Positions 57,792 through 64,000 of a DNA stretch of 64,000 nt are shown here, one piece after another. Source of the DNA: Stylophora pistillata (Eukaryota). The position numbers and the translations under genes were made by a program. A model generated the notes under the pieces. It was not told where the DNA came from. It worked only from the letters and a program-made list of their open reading frames with translations, and made no database searches. Every line of letters starts with the position of its first letter. Position 1 is the stretch's first letter. Location: NCBI RefSeq assembly GCF_002571385.2, contig NW_019217808.1:1165151-1229150 (forward strand), in the 5' to 3' direction.

Positions 57792-58847
57792 ATGAAAAAC
57801 CAAACAGACATCGAAACTGAAAGTTTGTTTTCAGAATCACTCTACATCACTTGGATCAAGGTTGCAGCTTACACCTTTATAATCGTGACCTCCTTGGTGG
57901 GCAATGGGCTCATTATAGCAATAGTGCACAAGAATTACAACCATCACATGAAGACACCAAACAATTTCTTCGTTGTGAATACGGCAGTTGCTGATATTTT
58001 GATCACCTTATCCAGTTCGACAGAGGCAGTCATAACGCTGGCTGTGTCTGACTGGTTGATCCAGGGAACTGTAGGACATGCTTTGTGCAAGCTTAAGTCC
58101 GTCGTAATGGCGTTATCCGCACTAGTGTCCACCCAAAGTTTGGCCACGATGGCGGTGGACCGCTTCATTGTCGTGTTTTTTCCACTGAGGAGAATCATTA
58201 CACGCCCTGTGGCATACGGAATAATCGCAATCATCTGGCTCACATCAGTTGTTTTCACAGTACCGCTGGTATTTTTAGCGATCGTTCAAGAAATTAAGGG
58301 CACTAGCATTTGCTACTTAACGTTCTGGTCGTCAAAATCAGTGGAGAGTTACTTTGTGGCCATATTCGTCTTGTTCAAATGCTTTCCTTTGGTGATTCAA
58401 GGCGTACTGTACACCGCAGTGATGGTAAAGCTATGCCTACGAGAGACACCGGGGAATGAGCTTCACATCCCAAACCATCACCATTACCACACGGAAAAGA
58501 TGAACAGGAGAATTATTAGCATGCTTGTGGCAATTGTAGTTCTCTTTGCCGTTTGCTGGCTTCCCGTCTGGATAGAAAGCATGATTTGTTTCCAAGACAT
58601 CTCCGACAGTGCTTGTCAGTCAACTCACATCTATTTTATCGTGTGGTTTTTGGCTTACAGCAAAAGTGCAATTAACCCGTGCATTTATTTCATTTTTAAC
58701 GAGACTTTTCGCCACGGTGCTTCGACACTGTGGGCGAAAATCATCCGTGGCCGTTCCCGGAGGCGCTGCGAAATTGCCCACAGACGCAACAGGGTAACAG
58801 CTTTGCAGAATCGAACCGTAGGAGACAACACTCACACTACAACTTGA
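57792..58847 (+). CDS. Intronless rhodopsin-class GPCR, peptide-receptor-like, 351 aa
   Basis: Seven hydrophobic segments with GN (TM1), AVAD (TM2), C...AVDRF (TM3), W (TM4), P...Y (TM5), FAVCWLP (TM6), NPCIY (TM7), NETFR (helix 8) and an N-terminal NQT sequon. Confidence 0.93.
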   Translation: MKNQTDIETESLFSESLYITWIKVAAYTFIIVTSLVGNGLIIAIVHKNYNHHMKTPNNFFVVNTAVADILITLSSSTEAVITLAVSDWLIQGTVGHALCKLKSVVMALSALVSTQSLATMAVDRFIVVFFPLRRIITRPVAYGIIAIIWLTSVVFTVPLVFLAIVQEIKGTSICYLTFWSSKSVESYFVAIFVLFKCFPLVIQGVLYTAVMVKLCLRETPGNELHIPNHHHYHTEKMNRRIISMLVAIVVLFAVCWLPVWIESMICFQDISDSACQSTHIYFIVWFLAYSKSAINPCIYFIFNETFRHGASTLWAKIIRGRSRRRCEIAHRRNRVTALQNRTVGDNTHTTT

Positions 58848-60654
58848 GAAGCGCACATGAAAATACTTCAACATGAATCGAAATCAGCAGTTACGTAATC
58901 TTCGGTGGTAATTTGCCACCCACTCAACGAATTCAACAGAAATTCCTACCTTTAATTTAATGTAGGATCAATGCCATCTTCACATTTTGAAAATTAGTAT
59001 GGTGAGGATAGGCCCAAAATTTGTAGATTAAATTTTATTTGTAGAAGAATGACAGTTGCAATATCTATTCGTCTACACCTGTCATTTAAGAACTCGATTA
59101 AAATTGCCAAGTTGGTGAGTTATTTATCTCTTTATGAAATGACTTCCTCTGTTTTCTTCAAAATTTTCGATAAAAAAAGTTAGCACGCTACTTCGATGAA
59201 ACCAAAGTAAAAATTAATTTGCGGAGTCTTTCCTAAGTTCAAAACAAAATACTAGCATAAGAAAAAATATTTAAAACTGCTCGAGCGGGGACAACACCTC
59301 AAAGTTACCGAAGAATGAACAGATCGCTACCTGCACAAGAGGCTTGTGCAGCTATTACACTCGAAAATGGACTGCTATGATTCTGTTTCTTTATCTTTGC
59401 TAAGGTGCTAACCTATCTTGAAAAACAACCTAGAATTATTTACTTCTCGGCCGCAATTCAACCAAATTGGCTTCCACGGTTCAAGGAGAGAGTTACTAAA
59501 ACTTTCATCAGCAGCACTACTTGATCGATCTAGTCCACTCTTTTCTATGTTTTCGAAGATTAACTGTCAACAGATGATCACGCTCTGGCGAGAGACTCTG
59601 AACTAACCGTTCGATTCTCTCTTCGCAGGACCACACCCACTTGTGCACCACGTCGAGATGATGTATTGTAACTAGAAAATTTATTTCATCAATACTGTAT
59701 ATAAACAACCTGTGTTTAGTTGAGCGTAAAAACATTGCTAAAGCTCCTAAAGTTCCTCTAACTTTTCAGTGTATAGATTCCCTAATACGATCTATAGATA
59801 CCAGAGAAACCCAATCATTGTTTAACAACAAGATCGACGTCGAATTTGAGCGAAACATTTTGAAAACCGCTCTTCGTGCATGTAAAAAACTCAAAACGAG
59901 CCCGCAAAAAGACAATCTCAACTCTGTAGAAAATTGCAAAAGGTCATTCAGCAAAGTCCATATTTTATTAAAGTTTATTTAGTTAACTTCTTGGATTGTA
60001 ACGTTGATCCCTTACTGTTGTACAGCACCTTCTAACCAGTCACTAGAGATTCAGAATAGCCAGTTCGCCATGCGCCTGCGAATAATAGGAGCCGTATTGC
60101 CAGGCAACTTAACGTGAACGTATCTACCTCATTGCTTGTGTAACAGTCAAAAGCCCTTGCGCATGATGACATTATCAACTGAAATTTCTTCCCCAAGTTT
60201 CGTTTACAAAACATATTTGAGCATTTGAAACTTCTTTGTTTTCTTTATTTTTTACGATGGAATCCTGTTAACATAAGGGTTTTCGGAGTACTCTCGTTTC
60301 AATTTCCAGACGAAAACGAGTCCAACTTATTCAAATTCATTACTCCCTACTTTGAAAACGAGGCTTGGAGGTGAATTGGCTTTTCTGATGTAATTATACA
60401 GGAAGGCTGTTGGTCTCCGGGATGCCAGAGATTTTCAAAAACAAACGCGGGCTCTTGTTGTTTCCTCACGCCTTCTACTTCGAAATAAGACATTCATCGC
60501 TCATTTGGAGTAGTAAGAGAACGCGATGCTGTTCTGGAAGTAACATTATAAAGGGAATGTACAAAACTCGGGTCCTTGAAAAGTATTTACAAAATAGCTT
60601 TCCGAAAAATGCCAGATAATTGTGAATAAAATAAGTTGTGCTTCTATCTTATAG

Positions 60655-61565
60655 TTATTGCTGGGTATTTCCATGAAAAGGAGGTGGGCGCTGTTGCCGT
60701 CGGGCAGCAAGTCTTTTTCTCAAATCTCTCACCTCAGCCATGAGTACCAGTTCACGTTTCTCAAACGTTGCTCGCTGGCGCTCGAGGGAAGGTTCTGTGA
60801 CAACATCAAAACGAGTGATTAAAACGTGACCGGATCAAGTTTGAACCTTGCGTTTAAAGTTAAATTTAAAAAAAAGAAAAAAAAACATTTATGGTACTTC
60901 AGAAGTAAACACGTGCCACGCAGCCAACGAAGTGTTTACATAGTGACTTCATTACTTAAGGAAAGACTTTACTATGGCTGAGGAGCAACACAAACACACT
61001 TGTGCTTCTACATTTGAAAAGACATCTAATTGAAAGGTGGTACTGAATTTTTCTTCCAATGCTAAAAGTTTTACCTCGAGAAGTGATAGGTGTCCCGCTG
61101 GATTCGGACTCCGTCGTGGTGCTGCTCTCTGTGTTATTGGGAAGCATGGTGCTTAACGGTTTTCTAAGGTGATCCGGGATTTGACGAATCTCCCTAAGCC
61201 GAGCTACGTTAAACAGAGTAATAGAACATGTCATGAGCCTTGTGAAGCGAAAGATAATTAGTTGTGTGAGTGTTTTGGTTTCTAAAAACTCCATGCGTTA
61301 TCAAAGAAAAAAAAAAGACACCCAGTACCGTTTCAGCCTCCAGCATGAAAGCAGAATTTCTCACTCAAAAGAATACACTCACAAAATGACTCCGAGTCGT
61401 CGGTAGTCGTGGTTTGATCTCGTGACAGAGCACTCAGAAGATTCAAACGTCTTCTGTCCTCCTCGGCTGCCAGAGCCTTTCGTTGTCTCACTTCCGACTG
61501 CTTCATAGCCACTGCGTCATTCTACAAACATGTGCAAAAAAGTGAAGAAAACCAAAATCAGGTTA

Positions 61566-61626
<61 letters not shown>

Positions 61627-64000
61627 TTAATATTTATATTGCGCAAATTAACATGTGGATATGATCAAATGCGCATCACAATACTTTTCGGGGGACTTTG
61701 GCCGGACTGCATCAGCAGTTTACAAACAATCGAAGGAAACTTATTTTAAGATGCCTCCTCCCCCCAAGTCCCAGTAAACAGGCCAGACCACATCGCAGTA
61801 ATCTCGTGAGTAGGTTCTTCAACGTCCCCTGCCTAACCAAATTAACTTATTAATAGATGCAGGAGACGGGACCTACAGTTTATTCGTCCTTATCCGAGAA
61901 GACTAGAATGTCTATCCATTTCTTGATATCATAGAATGGTAGCGCATTCTCCTCAGTTATTTTAAGACCTTGAGTGTTGGTCCGGCCGGGGCTCGAACCA
62001 TCGACCTCGACGTCGACCTCCCGCACAACAGTCCAGCGCTCTAACCAATTGAGCTAGCCGGGAGGCGGTTAGCTCAATTGGAACTTTATCCAACAGATCC
62101 AACTTATTGGAGGTGTGGATGTAGAATGATGCAAAGTAAATATTCGTTCTAACACTGCAAAATAAAAATATTAGGAGAAAGTGTGTACCTCTTTATTCCT
62201 CAACTCATGCACAAGCGACTGAACTTCAGTCTCCCTTTCCTTATTCTCCAAAATATGCTGGGCAACCTAGAAACAGTTATAGAAACAAACGCTACTGCGA
62301 TGATCACTGTCATCTTCATGGTTTCATGTATTAAAGTTACAACCCAGGTAAACATTTGGGCAGGTTTTAGGATGGAAAAAAAAAGAGAAAGAAATTCAAC
62401 CCTTCCTTACAAGGGTTATAGGACGGGCTAAACCGACATCGCAACAGTTTTCACGTGAACACTATGTAAGTGCGAATTTCAAACAATACACATTCGTAGT
62501 AATTCAACTGTTTGAAAGTAACCCAGGTTCGTGTACGAAGTGGCCTAATACGACCTATACTTCATCAGTTTAATTTTCGTGGTTTATCCGGCTTACCTTG
62601 ACTTCACTCAGCTCGCGGTGAAGATCGTCCATTCTAGTTCTCATATCTACTTCTTCTTCCATATTGACGGATGTGTGTTTCTGTTGGGCATTAGCCAATT
62701 CTTCTTGGGTAATCTTATGAGAAACCAAATACTTGCTTAAGATCACTGAATTACTACATGCATCAGTAGGAGCACTTACACTCGGACGACTAGAATAGTA
62801 ATCAAAGTATACAAGGAGCTCCATCAATCAATTTTACAGTAAAATGGCTGTTGTATTACCCTTTGTGAATCAATGTCGACATCCTGAACGGCATCCATTG
62901 TCCTCCTAAACAGTTGCTCTTCCAATTCCTGCTGTTTTCTTTGGATTGCTTGCTCCGATCGCTGCTTAAAGGAATGCTGCAGCTCATCTCGGATCAAATC
63001 CTGTGTTGTAAACAATATATTTGCTTTAAATGGCCTAGCTTCAAATTTGTTTTCGTCCTAGGCGCTGCCAAGCTTTGCTCAAGGAGTCTGGCGGACAGTA
63101 ATCAAAACGGTTTCCACTGATAGTCCAGGAAAGAGTGTACGGTTCAGTGAGAAAAGCGCTTAACTGAATGTACCAACCTGTTGAAGCATTTCTTTTTGCG
63201 CTTGAAGCTCCAGTCCCTTTATCTCAGCATCTTCTACAGCGTGCCTGGTTTCTTGTTCTCTGAGTAATGCCTAAAAACCGTTACAAGATGTAAGAAGTGT
63301 TTTTAAACTTAAAACAATCCAGAAATTATCCAGTTTACTCTACGGGAAAGAAAACGGCTTTCTAATTCTCTCCGGCGAACTTCGCCTCGCACTTTATTGG
63401 GTAAATAGAAGGTTCTTGCACTTTGCCAGGAACCCAATTCAAGGACTTTAAAAGCCTTTTAGGTCATTTTCAAGAACCTTGGCTCTCAAATTCAAGGACC
63501 TTTTGCATTGAATAGGAGTTAACAGAAATAAAAAATAGATTGCTTGTTATCACGTGTCAAACATCTTAATCGGACGCGGGATTTGAAAGAAAAACTCGTT
63601 TTGGCGATTTACATTTTCAACACCAAAAACAAAGCAAAACTTCAACTTTGATTCATCTGCATTTACTGTCAAACACGTTTCAGAAATTTTCAAGGACCTG
63701 AGACTAAATTCAAGGGTTTTCAAGTCCTTTAAAACAAAAAAAAATTAAATTCAAGGACCTTCAAGGAGCGCGGGAACCCTGATAATAGAATAAACAGTAA
63801 ACGAACAGACAAAAAAAAAAACAATAGGTAGAAAACTGAGCTCGCGGGTATCGGTAAAGATGAGAAGAGGCTGTTATATAGCACTTGATGACTTTGTGCA
63901 GTATTTCTTGTGTGCCTGTGGTTGTACTGACCTTGCGTTCTATCTCGTCATCAAGTCTTTGCAACTCCGCTTCTTTAAGTGTTTGCTGATGATGCATAAA
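60655..64000 (-). CDS. TBC1D31: 3' coiled-coil part of TBC1D31/WDR67 (gene starts beyond the window end)
   Basis: Exons 64000-63932, 63270-63178, 63000-62860, 62713-62597, 62266-62189, 61521-61383, 61203-61075, 60794-60655 join in phase. EAELQRLDDEIERK, KGLELQAQK and the terminal SLERQR...LMAEVRDLRKRLAA resemble recalled human TBC1D31 (EMELRRLDDEIGRK; LIKKVRNLRQRLTA). Confidence 0.8.
61567..62070 (-). mobile_element. tRNA-derived SINE family A with L2-like (ATT)n tail
   Basis: Same head and core as 4887-5223. The tail is gcgcatttgatcatatccacatgttaatttgcgcaatataaatattaa(att)n. Confidence 0.85.
63410..63781. mobile_element. hAT-like MITE with ttcaaggac subterminal repeats
   Basis: aggttcttgc versus gcgggaaccctg termini, several ttcaag(g/a)ac repeats, imperfect 8-bp flanks taaataga/ataataga. 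Confidence 0.5.

Noticed and set aside
57792-58847. Opsin, because of a Lys in TM7
   Set aside because: The Lys is at 7.45, not the retinal-binding 7.43, which is Tyr here.

Overview
Gene-dense, intron-rich, AT-rich animal genomic DNA. The repeat families and gene content suggest a cnidarian, probably a stony coral (inference). Nine protein-coding genes were reconstructed by hand with phase-consistent splice junctions: rhophilin (+, 19 exons, one GC-AG intron), RABIF/MSS4 (-), two tandem ABHD4/5 paralogues (+), a copine (-, 16 exons) head-to-head with MRPS17 (+), RNF212/Zip3 (+), an intronless class A GPCR (+) and the 3' part of TBC1D31 (-). Introns and intergenic DNA hold many mobile-element relics: tRNA-derived SINEs, Penelope-like GIY-YIG fragments, Kolobok-like TTAA elements (one with a THAP domain), a foldback/MULE-like element and palindromic MITEs. 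The strongest hidden signal is eight intronic minimal hammerhead ribozyme motifs of three families. One family has the compensatory U3-A8 core, and the copies sense to the host genes are mostly mutated at invariant core positions. Other notable points: an ABHD4/5 duplication that splits residues tied to ATGL co-activation, SINE head/tail module swapping, a fold-back hairpin at a SINE 5' end, and an inverted repeat pair bracketing rhophilin exons 10-11. All homology calls come from recalled motifs; no searches were run.
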